64,000 nt of DNA from Pseudomonadota bacterium (lineage in GTDB: Bacteria; Desulfobacterota; WTBG01; JAPLJA01), in contig JAPLJA010000080.1 of assembly GCA_026388815.1 (NCBI GenBank), forward strand, positions 1,838-65,837. The letters are read 5' to 3'. Below, piece by piece: positions 53,791-63,295 of this stretch. The notes under the pieces were generated by a model. That model saw only the letters and a list, made by a program, of their open reading frames with translations. It was not told the origin of the DNA and made no database searches. The first letter of the stretch is position 1. Each line of letters starts with the position of its first letter. Both the position numbers and the translations under genes were made by a program.

Positions 53791-53977
53791 GTAGGGGCAA
53801 CCCCCTGTGGTTGCCCTTTGTTAAAATTCCCACAACAGGGCAGACACGCGGGTCTGCCCCTACGGGCGTATTGCCATACGCCTCGTCAATCAATATTCAT
53901 CCCCGGTAGGGGCGAGCCGCCGGTTCGCCCCTACGTCATGCATATCAACCAGAATAGGGTAACCATGCTGGTTACCC
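53791..53977. repeat. Array of five GC-rich REP-type hairpins, several flanked by GTAG/CTAC
   Basis: GTAGGGGCAACCCCCTGTGGTTGCCC; GGGCAGACACGCGGGTCTGCCCCTAC; GGCGTATTGCCATACGCC; GTAGGGGCGAGCCGCCGGTTCGCCCCTAC; GGGTAACCATGCTGGTTACCC. Confidence 0.65.
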
Positions 53978-54022
53978 CACCAGAAAAGAATTATTAAATT
54001 GTAATAAGGAATAATTATTGCG

Positions 54023-54070
<48 letters not shown>

Positions 54071-54349
54071 TTTAAGAGGCTTACTGATTATTTCAGGAAT
54101 GGTAAGAATACTGCTGGCCAAAACTGATCTCCTCTCGTGAAGATAGCTAACGAATTTTTACCTGGCCAAGCTGATACTTATCCTTAGATGCAGAGACAAT
54201 TATTAACGAATAATATATAATGTCAAGAAAATTCTTTTAAAAGCATGGCAAATTCAAGAGGATATGACCAGCCTGTTTTTTTGCAGGAGACGCTGTCCGT
54301 AAGTCAAAGTTCCCTTTACTTACATACCATTTTGCATTACCCTTTTTAC

Positions 54350-56857
54350 ATGGAAGGCATTAATCTCTCCACTGTGGAGCACCCCAGCAGGTATCTTGGA
54401 GGGGAACTCAACTCGGTTAAAAAGGATTTGTCAAAGGTGAAGCTGAAGGTTGCCCTTGCCTTCCCGGATACCTACGAGGTGGGGATGTCCCACATCGGCC
54501 TCCAGATTCTCTACCACCTCCTGAACCAGCGGGAAGACATCGCCGCAGAGAGGGTCTACGCACCCTGGCTGGACATGGAGCAGCAAATGAGGGAAAGGGA
54601 GCTACTGTTATGTTCCCTTGAATCTTCGATTCCCTTGAGAGAGTTCGATATCGTCGGCTTTTCCCTCCAGTACGAGCTCTCCTACACCAACGTGGTGAAC
54701 ATGCTCGACCTGGCGAAGATCCCATTTTACGCCCGCGAGAGGGATGAGCGCTATCCGCTCATCATCGCAGGTGGCATCTGCTGTTTTAATCCAGAACCAA
54801 TTGCCGACCTCTTTGATGCCATGGTCATCGGCGACGGGGAAGAAGTAATATTGGAAATTTGCGATTGCTATCTCAGGTGGAAGAAAACAAAAGGAAAAAA
54901 GAAAGATCTCTTAGATGAGCTCTCGAGGATTGAAGGAGTGTACGTTCCATCCGCTTTTCAGCCTCTCTACAACCCTGACCATACGATGAAAGAAATAGTG
55001 GCTCTGGACGGACATCCTCAGCAGATCAAGAAGAGACTGATTGCCAACCTGGATCAGGCCCCCTATATCACGAGCCCCATTGTCCCCTTTATGCGGATCA
55101 TCCATGACCGGATCAATGTGGAGATAGCGAGAGGGTGCACCCGGGGATGCAGGTTCTGCCTTGCGGGCATGGTCTGCCGTCCGGGCAGGGAGAGGAGCCT
55201 GAAGACGATCAATGATCTGGTGGACCAATCGTTAAAGGCAACAGGATATGAGGAGATCTCCCTCACTTCCTTGAGCAGCGGTGATTACAGCAATATTGAG
55301 GTCCTGGTAAAAGGGCTCATGGAGAGGCTGAACGAGGAAAGGGTTGCTTTATCACTCCCGTCACTCCGGGTTGAAACCCTCACCGCCGACCTCATAGAAG
55401 AGATCAGGAAAGTAAGGAAGACCGGCTTTACCATTGCACCGGAGGCAGGGACTCAGCGCCTGCGGGATGTAATTAATAAGGGGATTACTGAGGAGCAGAT
55501 TTTTTCTACCATTGAGGCAGTATTCAAGGGCGGCTGGAGAGGGATCAAGCTCTATTTCATGGTGGGACTGCCTACCGAAACAGAGGAGGACAGGCTGGGG
55601 ATCCTCGAACTGTGCAGGAGGATTAAGGGGGTAGCAAAAAAGATCTCTCCTGCCCTGGGGATCAATGTAAACATCTCGTCGTTTGTTCCCAAACCCCATA
55701 CTCCTTTTCAATGGGAGGTTCAGCTCTCACTTCAGGATATGAGAACAATAACCCATTTTCTCTCGAAAGAGTTGAGGAGGATGGGACTGAATCCCAAATG
55801 GCAGGAGCCGGAGATGAGCCTGCTTGAAGGGGTGTTTGCCCGGGGCGACCGTAAGCTCTCAAAGGTAGTCATTGATGCCTGGAAGATGGGATGCCGCTTT
55901 GATGGATGGAAAGAGGCTTTTCGTTTCGACCTCTGGCAGAGGGCATTTGAGGAAAACGGGATTGATGTGCATTTTTATACCAGCAGGCATCGCTCTCTAA
56001 AAGAAGTTCTGCCCTGGAGCCATATTGATCCTCTGGTTGAGAGAGAATTTCTGGAGAAGGAAAGAGAAAAGGCTTTTACCGCTGTACTCACTCCGGATTG
56101 CAGGACTGGTGAATGCGGGGGATGCGGGGCCTGTACTGACAGGGCGCCTGGGAAAATGTCAAATGTCATCCGCCGAGGCGGACAAATGACAAAGTTCGGA
56201 GTATGCCCGGAATTACATGCATCGAAAAGGCCTTCACCCTTGAAAGAAAAGAGGTTCCGTTGCCGGTTCTTTAAACTGAACGAGGCCCGTCTCTTCAGTC
56301 ACCTGGAGATGATAATGGTTTTCTCCCGGGCAATCAGGAGGGAGGGAATACCCATAAAATATTCTGAAGGGTTTCATCCCCTGCCCCGGATAATCTCCGG
56401 TCCTGCTTTGCCTGTTGGCATGGAGAGCATCTGCGAGGGCATAGATTTCGTCGTATCAGGAGACATGAGCCCGTCCACCTTTCTCAAGAAAATGAACAGG
56501 GAACTGCCCTCTGGCCTAAAATTCCTGGAGGCCGAAGAAGTTCCATTGAAATTCTCGCCAGTATCTGATACAATACATAATGTTAACTATTTAATTTCCC
56601 TTGCCTCTTCTGACTCCTCTTCTGTGCGCTTGCTGGAGCAGCTCAAAGGCGCTCCTGAATTGAAGGGGAAGGGTGTTGGGGAGGGTGAAAAGCCGTTATC
56701 CGCTCTCGAGATTGGGGTTCTGGATAGCACATTTCTCTCGGTAAGAATGGAGGAAAAGATGGGGTTATCAAAGGCTCTTCAGGGATTTTTTCACATCGAC
56801 CCGAACGGACTGAGAGGGATGAGGGTCCTCAAGACTCAGTTCATAAAAGGGAATTAG
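54350..56857 (+). CDS. Fused B12-binding-like radical SAM protein plus DUF2344-type domain (the family usually found next to RNase E/G)
   Basis: VEHPSRYLGGELNSVKKD.. N-terminus, RGCTRGCRFCLAG (CxxxCxxC), and a C-terminal ..FSHLEMIMVFSRAIRREGIPIKYSEGFHPLPRI.. domain. Start at the internal ATG 54350. Confidence 0.8.
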   Translation: MEGINLSTVEHPSRYLGGELNSVKKDLSKVKLKVALAFPDTYEVGMSHIGLQILYHLLNQREDIAAERVYAPWLDMEQQMRERELLLCSLESSIPLREFDIVGFSLQYELSYTNVVNMLDLAKIPFYARERDERYPLIIAGGICCFNPEPIADLFDAMVIGDGEEVILEICDCYLRWKKTKGKKKDLLDELSRIEGVYVPSAFQPLYNPDHTMKEIVALDGHPQQIKKRLIANLDQAPYITSPIVPFMRIIHDRINVEIARGCTRGCRFCLAGMVCRPGRERSLKTINDLVDQSLKATGYEEISLTSLSSGDYSNIEVLVKGLMERLNEERVALSLPSLRVETLTADLIEEIRKVRKTGFTIAPEAGTQRLRDVINKGITEEQIFSTIEAVFKGGWRGIKLYFMVGLPTETEEDRLGILELCRRIKGVAKKISPALGINVNISSFVPKPHTPFQWEVQLSLQDMRTITHFLSKELRRMGLNPKWQEPEMSLLEGVFARGDRKLSKVVIDAWKMGCRFDGWKEAFRFDLWQRAFEENGIDVHFYTSRHRSLKEVLPWSHIDPLVEREFLEKEREKAFTAVLTPDCRTGECGGCGACTDRAPGKMSNVIRRGGQMTKFGVCPELHASKRPSPLKEKRFRCRFFKLNEARLFSHLEMIMVFSRAIRREGIPIKYSEGFHPLPRIISGPALPVGMESICEGIDFVVSGDMSPSTFLKKMNRELPSGLKFLEAEEVPLKFSPVSDTIHNVNYLISLASSDSSSVRLLEQLKGAPELKGKGVGEGEKPLSALEIGVLDSTFLSVRMEEKMGLSKALQGFFHIDPNGLRGMRVLKTQFIKGN

Positions 56858-56863
56858 CAGATC

Positions 56864-58393
56864 ATGCCTTCGGAATTAATTATCAATGTGACGTATCAGG
56901 AGACCCGGGTTGCACTCATGGAGAACGGGGTGCTGGCTGAGATCTACATCGAGCGACACTCTGACCGGGGCATCGCCGGAAATATCTATAAAGGGAAAGT
57001 GGTACGGGTCCTTCCGGGGATGCAAGCTGCCTTCGTTGATGTCGGGCTTGACCGCTCTGCCTTCCTCCATGTAGCTGATATATATGATGAATTTGAAGAA
57101 TTAGAATCTCTGATGAACGGGGAGGCTGATCTGGGAGGGATTCCTTTTGGGGGAAAAGGGGAACAGGTCGGAAACCAGAATTGCGTCCCCCAGATCGAAG
57201 ATCTGCTCCATGAAGGACAGGAGATCCTGGTGCAGGTGTCCAAGGAGCCGATCGGGTCGAAAGGTGCCCGGATAACCTCGCACATATCGCTCCCGGGCCG
57301 CCATCTGGTGCTGATGCCCACCGTAGACCATGTTGGGGTTTCCCGGCGAATCGAAAACGAGTCTGAAAGAAAGAGGCTGAAGGATCTGGTGGAACGGATG
57401 AAACCGAACGGCATGGGCTTTATTGTCCGGACCGCAAGCGAAGGGAAGAGCGAAGAGGAGCTTCGCATGGATCTCGAGTTCCTCCTGAAGCTCTGGACCA
57501 CCATTCAGAAGAAGAAGGCAACAGCCCCGGTTCCCGGCCTCATCCACAATGAATTGACCATGAGTTTGCGGGCAATTCGTGACCTCTACACGAGAGAGGT
57601 GGAACGGGTAGTCATAGACTCCCGGGAGGAGTTTGAGAATATCCATGAGTTCATTGAAACCTTTATTCCGCAGCTCCGCCACTTCATCGTCCTCTATGAC
57701 CGGGAGGAGCCGATATTTGATGCCTACGGGATTGAGGAGGAGATTAACCGCGCCCTGGGGAAGAGGGTGTGGCTCAAGTCAGGCGGGTATATTGTGATTG
57801 AGGAAAATGAAGCCCTGGTGGCTGTCGATGTCAATACCGGCAGATACGTCGGGAAGAGAAACTACGAAGAGACCATCATCCGCACCAACCTCGAGGCAGC
57901 CAAAGAGATAGCGTACCAGCTCCGCTTACGGAATGTCGGTGGAATCATCATCATCGACTTCATTGATATGGAGAAGGAGTGGGCGAGGGAACGGCTGATC
58001 CAGGCATTGCAAGAGGCTTTGAAAAAAGACAGGACAAAGACAAACATCTTACTGATGTCAGAGCTGGGCCTGATCGAGATGACCCGGAAGCGGACGCGGG
58101 AGAGCCTGGCTGGAACCCTGTGCGAACCCTGTCCGTACTGTGAAGGCAGGGGGTTCATCAAATCCAAGGCTACCATGTGTTACGAGGTCTTCCAGGAGAT
58201 AAAGAGAGAGGCATTGAACAATGCCAGCGGGAAGATCATCGCCCACGTTCATCCTGATATTGCCGAACTCCTCTATGATGAAGAGAGGGAAGGGATCGAG
58301 GAGCTGGAACTGAAACTGAAGAAGAAAGTGGTGGTGAGAGCCATGCCTGCATTCCATCACGAAGAGTATGAGGTGAGCGTGGCAGAGAGGTGA
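56864..58393 (+). CDS. rng: Ribonuclease G (Rne/Rng family)
   Basis: S1 domain GNIYKGKVVRVLPGMQAAFVDVGLDRSAFLH, plus ..VAVDVNTG.. and ..GGIIIIDFIDM.. catalytic motifs. Confidence 0.85.
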   Translation: MPSELIINVTYQETRVALMENGVLAEIYIERHSDRGIAGNIYKGKVVRVLPGMQAAFVDVGLDRSAFLHVADIYDEFEELESLMNGEADLGGIPFGGKGEQVGNQNCVPQIEDLLHEGQEILVQVSKEPIGSKGARITSHISLPGRHLVLMPTVDHVGVSRRIENESERKRLKDLVERMKPNGMGFIVRTASEGKSEEELRMDLEFLLKLWTTIQKKKATAPVPGLIHNELTMSLRAIRDLYTREVERVVIDSREEFENIHEFIETFIPQLRHFIVLYDREEPIFDAYGIEEEINRALGKRVWLKSGGYIVIEENEALVAVDVNTGRYVGKRNYEETIIRTNLEAAKEIAYQLRLRNVGGIIIIDFIDMEKEWARERLIQALQEALKKDRTKTNILLMSELGLIEMTRKRTRESLAGTLCEPCPYCEGRGFIKSKATMCYEVFQEIKREALNNASGKIIAHVHPDIAELLYDEEREGIEELELKLKKKVVVRAMPAFHHEEYEVSVAER

Positions 58394-58423
58394 TAAGGTG
58401 AGGAAGTGGGGATTAACCATTAC

Positions 58424-58548
58424 CAGGCTGTTGAAAAACGCCCATCTACTGCGTTACACTCATCCTTCGTCATTGCAGCGTACTGCTATGTACGCCTCAT
58501 TCCTCAGGACTTCGTAAGCCTTGTATCTTGACATTTTTCCACAACCTG
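58424..58548. repeat. MITE-like element, family B (TIRs CAGGCTGTTGAAAAA / TTTTTCCACAACCTG)
   Basis: 125-bp element between convergent genes. The first ~30 nt are nearly identical to 34160-34190. Confidence 0.55.
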
Positions 58549-58657
58549 AAGCAGAGTCTGTTTTTCACCAGGCTCTTACAGTGTGTCTCATGATTGTCCT
58601 CTTTATCTGGTTGCGCAACCCCCCCAGGTTTTGCTGGAATATGATAAACAGCACCAC

Positions 58658-60433
58658 CTATCCAATGAGCAAATCCTTGATAATATTGAAATATTTTATC
58701 CTTTTTGCTCCCACGGGCCATTTGATCTCACCCTTTTCGCAGAGGGTTGAAACGCCATCTTTTTCCACGGTAATTTTGAGCCTCAGAAGCTGTTCTTCTC
58801 TGTCTTCTCCCTGAAATGTATTTATGATCCGATCGATCTCCTTAAGCAGGTGCAAGGCCGCCTGTATCCTTGATTCCATCCTGTGAAACACCTCCTCAGA
58901 GATAACCCCATGAGCCCGTTTGACCCGGTTGAGCCGGAGCGCAGCCTGATAGGTGCTGTCCACGATCTCTTCCCTGGTCATCCATTCTGTTTCATAACCC
59001 AGGGTGTATTTCCAGCTCGGGGCTAATAATGCCTGAGAGTAATCTTTTAGGCTGCGATACAAGATCCGGTAGCCGAGAAGACGGGCATTCTCATAGGCGA
59101 TGCTGCCAGGGTCGATAAAAGGAGCAAGGGGTGAGATAAAGGGAGAAAGCCTCGCATCAAAAGACCCGAGCAGGTAGTCACAGTACCCAACATTCTCCAT
59201 AACTGACTGATAGGTCTGCCTGGGCATACCAATCATAAAAAAGAGATCAAACTTCTTACAGCCGCTCTCCAGGGCTATCCGGATACATTCCTCCATCTCC
59301 TGGTTGGTGTAGAATTTTCCGGAAGCCTCCCGTACCTCCGGATCATGTGACTCGGGGGAGAATTCAAAGTTGAGGCTGGGTATGGACCTGGCAGCCTCAC
59401 GCAAATAGTCAGAGGAAGCAGGCTCAAAGAGCTCCAGGACGATCTGGTTCTCAGGCTTGAGATCCCTGATGCCCTTGAAGATCTGGTGCGCATACCCTTC
59501 ACCCCCCTGTCGTAAGTCGCCGACAACAAAGATGGGGGCATCAGTATAACGGTTGATCTTCTCGATGTCTTTCACGATCAGACGAGGATCTCTGAAAGCA
59601 GGTCTCTCCCGTCCACAATAAAGCCGCAGGGCCTGCCTCGAGCCCCCGCAGATCACGCAACTCTGGGTACAGCCCCGGCAGGTCATCACCGCGGTAATTG
59701 GATATTCCCACCAGTCGTGGATAGCGGTAAACCCTTGCACATCAAGGAATCTGAGTGCTGACCTGAAGAGCCCCAGATAGTCATTGGAGGCTTCATTCAG
59801 GTCCTGGGATACGATGGTTAACGGGTTTATTCTCACCCCCCCCCTTCCCCGGTACGTGAGGTTGGGGATGTTTGAAAGGGGTATCCTCCCCTCGAAAGAG
59901 AGGAAGAGCTGGTAGAGGGACTCTTCTGCTGAATCCCCCCGGATGACGAAATCAACCTGGGGATAGCGCACCAACTCCTCATGAAAATATGATGCAGAAT
60001 AACCACCGAAGATTACAGGTATTTCCGGATGGAGCTCTTTACAGATGCGTGCCACCTCCAGACTTCCCTGGACATGGGGCAGCCAGTGAAGGTCTATCCC
60101 GAAGGCTTTCGGTTTAAGCTTCCGTACGCGTTCCTCCACATTAAATGCTTTATCTTTAAGCATGAGGTATGCCAGGTTGACGATCCGCACGGAATACCCT
60201 CTTTTTCGCAGGTATTCAGAGATGGATGAAAACCCTACCGGATACATTTCAAAGATCGGGGTGGAAGGGATAACATCGCTGATCGGGCCAGGCATAAGAG
60301 CCCGTTTGCGGAAATCATAGACGCTGGGAGCATGCAGAAGAACAAGGTCTGCCTGCAACAAAGACACCCGGGAAATCCTCCTTTTGTGGTTACCGTGACC
60401 TGCAATCCTATCTGGTTGACTCTTTACTGTCAA
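58658..60433 (-). CDS. B12-binding-domain radical SAM protein
   Basis: N-terminal Rossmann-like B12-binding-type domain (..FGIDLHWLPH..VIFGGYSASY..) plus the CTQSCVIC cluster motif. Confidence 0.75.
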   Translation of the reverse strand: MTVKSQPDRIAGHGNHKRRISRVSLLQADLVLLHAPSVYDFRKRALMPGPISDVIPSTPIFEMYPVGFSSISEYLRKRGYSVRIVNLAYLMLKDKAFNVEERVRKLKPKAFGIDLHWLPHVQGSLEVARICKELHPEIPVIFGGYSASYFHEELVRYPQVDFVIRGDSAEESLYQLFLSFEGRIPLSNIPNLTYRGRGGVRINPLTIVSQDLNEASNDYLGLFRSALRFLDVQGFTAIHDWWEYPITAVMTCRGCTQSCVICGGSRQALRLYCGRERPAFRDPRLIVKDIEKINRYTDAPIFVVGDLRQGGEGYAHQIFKGIRDLKPENQIVLELFEPASSDYLREAARSIPSLNFEFSPESHDPEVREASGKFYTNQEMEECIRIALESGCKKFDLFFMIGMPRQTYQSVMENVGYCDYLLGSFDARLSPFISPLAPFIDPGSIAYENARLLGYRILYRSLKDYSQALLAPSWKYTLGYETEWMTREEIVDSTYQAALRLNRVKRAHGVISEEVFHRMESRIQAALHLLKEIDRIINTFQGEDREEQLLRLKITVEKDGVSTLCEKGEIKWPVGAKRIKYFNIIKDLLIG

Positions 60434-60576
60434 TAAATTTGGGACGGTCAGGCTCCTCTGCCTGCCCTGAGACAGATTCCGGTATCAACGCTACAAATGG
60501 GCAACCACAAAGGGTTACCCCTGTGCCAGCTTCGTTTCTTCTTGACATCCCTGTGGTTTATTGAATAAATAGAGTC

Positions 60577-61044
60577 ATGATGAAGAGACCTTATGCTATC
60601 ATTTTTATCTTGCTCCTTTTTCTTGTATCAGCCTGTGCCGCAGGAAGAGAAAATACGGCCCCTGCGCCCAATCGAGCGTTCCTGGAGAGAGGATACGATG
60701 AGGTGTGGAATTCACTCAATGCCATGCTCTCCGGTGATCTTGAATATCCCATTGAAAAGGCGGAGAAAGGGACTATCGAAACAAAGTGGATATCCATCAT
60801 CAACAGCGAAGGTACCGTGCGGTGGAAATTGATCGCAAACGTAAAGAAGAAAAAAGACGGTACCGAGGTAGAGGTGACCAAAAAAGTCCAGGTGTTAGAA
60901 AAGACTTCTGCTTCTTCCAAGAAGAAGCGGGCAGAGAAAGAACCAGAGCCGGGGATGAATTTAGGCGGCTGGAGGACGGGACAGTCAGATATGGTAGATG
61001 AGGGGCAGATTCTTTCCAGCCTGAAGAAGAAAATGGGACTTTAG
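60577..61044 (+). CDS. Small lipoprotein, unknown function
   Basis: MMKRPYAIIFILLLFLVSAC lipobox. TTGACA-17-ATAAAT lies upstream at about 60543-60571. Confidence 0.55.
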   Translation: MMKRPYAIIFILLLFLVSACAAGRENTAPAPNRAFLERGYDEVWNSLNAMLSGDLEYPIEKAEKGTIETKWISIINSEGTVRWKLIANVKKKKDGTEVEVTKKVQVLEKTSASSKKKRAEKEPEPGMNLGGWRTGQSDMVDEGQILSSLKKKMGL

Positions 61045-61048
61045 CTCA

Positions 61049-61693
61049 TTGGAGAAGCTGCACCAGGAGTTCCTCGCCCGGGAGGCGGAACGACTGGGTG
61101 TTGTGCTCAGACCGGTTCAGCTTGAGCAGTTTTCCAAGTACTTACAGGAACTTAAGGCCTGGAATAAGAAAGTCAACCTCACCTCACTTCGGGATGATCT
61201 TGATATCCTGATCAAACATTTCCTTGATTCCCTCCTGCCCGTGAGCTATATCCCCCGCCACTCATCTCTCCTCGACATCGGGTCCGGGGCGGGATTCCCC
61301 GGGATCCCGCTAAAAATTGCTGAGCCAACCCTGTTCGTTACCCTCCTGGACTCGACCCGCAAAAAGGTGTTCTTTGAGCGGCACCTCATCAGAACGTTAG
61401 GCCTGGACGGGATTGAGGCTCTGCACGGCCGGGCAGAAGACCTGGGGAAGAAGGAGGCTCCCCCGGTTTTCGATGTGATTATCTCCCGGGCGCTCTACAG
61501 CATCGAGAAATTTCAGCAGGTAAGCGAAGGGTGTATCAGGAGAGGGGGGAGATTGATTATTTTAACAACGCCGCACCCGGGAGATGGGCAGAAGGAACAG
61601 GTGAGAGAAGGCTTCAGATGGAAAGAGTGTACAGACAGTATACTTCCCTTAGACCGGGGGAGAAGGAGGATCATCCTCCTGGAAAAGATCTGA
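61049..61693 (+). CDS. rsmG: 16S rRNA (guanine527-N7)-methyltransferase
   Basis: ..WNKKVNLTS.., ..LLDIGSGAGFPGIPLKI.. and ..SRA.. TTG start. Confidence 0.85.
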   Translation: MEKLHQEFLAREAERLGVVLRPVQLEQFSKYLQELKAWNKKVNLTSLRDDLDILIKHFLDSLLPVSYIPRHSSLLDIGSGAGFPGIPLKIAEPTLFVTLLDSTRKKVFFERHLIRTLGLDGIEALHGRAEDLGKKEAPPVFDVIISRALYSIEKFQQVSEGCIRRGGRLIILTTPHPGDGQKEQVREGFRWKECTDSILPLDRGRRRIILLEKI

Positions 61694-61695
61694 AT

Positions 61696-61711
61696 TGTTT
61701 CACGTGAAACA
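61696..61711. promoter_or_regulatory. parS centromere site (perfect 16-bp palindrome TGTTTCACGTGAAACA)
   Basis: Matches the ParB-binding parS consensus tGTTnCACGTGAAACa. Located between rsmG and parA. Confidence 0.85.
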
Positions 61712-61736
61712 TTTTATGATTTTATGAAAATTATTA

Positions 61737-61766
61737 TTGCCGATCTTTTTTCTTCTACGGTATAAT
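61737..61766 (+). promoter_or_regulatory. Putative promoter of parAB
   Basis: TTGCCG, 18-nt spacer, TATAAT (61761-61766), about 45 nt upstream of the parA ATG. Confidence 0.4.
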
Positions 61767-61812
61767 GAATGATGAAACAGGGCCCTGCAAAAACGAGAAA
61801 GGGTAGAGCCTC

Positions 61813-62453
61813 ATGAGGGCTAAGAGTATCTGCATCGCAAATCAAAAAGGAGGAGTGGGCAAGACCACAACGGCGGTGAATCTCGCTGCATCGCTCTCCA
61901 CGCTGAACAAAAAGACGCTCCTCATCGATATTGACCCTCAGGGGAATGCGGGCAGCGGAGTGCCAGCCGGGAGTACCGGCTGCGGGAGGGGCTGAAAAAG
62001 ATTGAGGAGGGGTATGATTATATCATTATCGACTGCCCCCCTTCCCTCGGCCTTCTCACCATTAATTCCTTAACGGCTGCCGATACTGTGCTCATCCCCA
62101 TCCAGTGCGAATACTATGCCCTGGAAGGGTTAAGCCAGCTCCTCGCTACCATCAGACTGGTGAAGAAGAATCTCAACCCGGACCTCAGGATTGAAGGGAT
62201 CCTCCTCACCATGTTTGACCGGAGGAACAATCTTTCTCACCAGGTGGCAGCCGACATCAAGAATAATTTAGCGGGCAAGGTGAATGTCTACGGGGTGATC
62301 ATACCGAGAAGCGTTCGCCTGGCTGAATGTCCGAGCTTTGGCAAGCCCATCTTGCTCTACGACGAAAACTCTCCAGGTGCCAGATGTTATCTGGAACTTG
62401 CCCATATCATCAACAAAGGGGACGGCTTCAATGAAAAGGACAGTGTTAGGTAG
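61813..62453 (+). pseudogene. parA: Chromosome-partitioning ATPase ParA/Soj with an internal deletion and frameshift
   Basis: Frame 1 reads ..[21 protein letters not shown]...[13 protein letters not shown], then nonsense and a stop at 61995. Another frame reads [27 protein letters not shown]... to 62453. About 50 residues expected between the two pieces are absent. Confidence 0.8.
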
Positions 62454-63291
62454 GGGGCTGGAAGCGCTCATCCCGAATAAGGGGGGAAAAGGAGAATCAG
62501 AGGGAGCCCAGGTTCTCACGGTGCCGGTTGACGAGATCCACCCTAACCCGTTTCAACCCCGGACTATCTTTGACCGTGAAAAGATTGAGGAACTGGTCTC
62601 CTCGATCAAGGAGAAAGGGATTATCCAGCCCCTGCTGGTCCGGAAAAAAGGGGAGAGCTACGAACTGGTTGCCGGGGAGCGACGGTGGAGGGCAGCCCAG
62701 CAGGCGGGCCTTGCAGAAGTTCCCGTGATTATTCGTGAAATCTCAGACACGGAGAGCCTTGAGTTCTCGCTGATTGAGAACATTCAGAGGGAAGACTTAA
62801 ACCCGCTCGAGGAGGCAGAGGCATACAAAAAGCTGATTGAAAAGTTTGACCATACTCAGGAAGAGCTGGCTGTACGGCTGGGGAAGAATCGCTCGACCAT
62901 CGCCAACTCTCTGCGGCTCTTGCGGTTGCCGGAAGTTATTAAGCACTCCCTGCAGAATAATCTGATAAGCATGGGCCATGCCCGGGCCATCTTGAGCCTG
63001 GAAGGGCATGGTAAGCAGACAGAGGTGCATACCCTGATCCTGAAAAAAGGCTTCTCGGTGAGACAGACCGAGAACCTCATCCAGAAGATTAAGCAGACCG
63101 GGAAGGTATCCCCCAGGAGGACTCCCCGGAAAGAGAGCATCTTTTATGCTGATGTGGAAAATGACCTCACGCGGCAGCTTGCCACCCGCGTAAAGGTTAT
63201 GAAGAGGGGGAAGGGCGGGAAGATTGTAATCGAATATTATTCCCTCGAGGAGTTAGAGAGAATCATAGAAAGGATTAAAGGAGGACGGTAG
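62431..63291 (+). CDS. parB: Chromosome-partitioning protein ParB/Spo0J
   Basis: [15 protein letters not shown]...IHPNPFQPR...IQPLLVR...[12 protein letters not shown]...HARA. Confidence 0.9.
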   Translation: MKRTVLGRGLEALIPNKGGKGESEGAQVLTVPVDEIHPNPFQPRTIFDREKIEELVSSIKEKGIIQPLLVRKKGESYELVAGERRWRAAQQAGLAEVPVIIREISDTESLEFSLIENIQREDLNPLEEAEAYKKLIEKFDHTQEELAVRLGKNRSTIANSLRLLRLPEVIKHSLQNNLISMGHARAILSLEGHGKQTEVHTLILKKGFSVRQTENLIQKIKQTGKVSPRRTPRKESIFYADVENDLTRQLATRVKVMKRGKGGKIVIEYYSLEELERIIERIKGGR

Positions 63292-63295
63292 AAGC

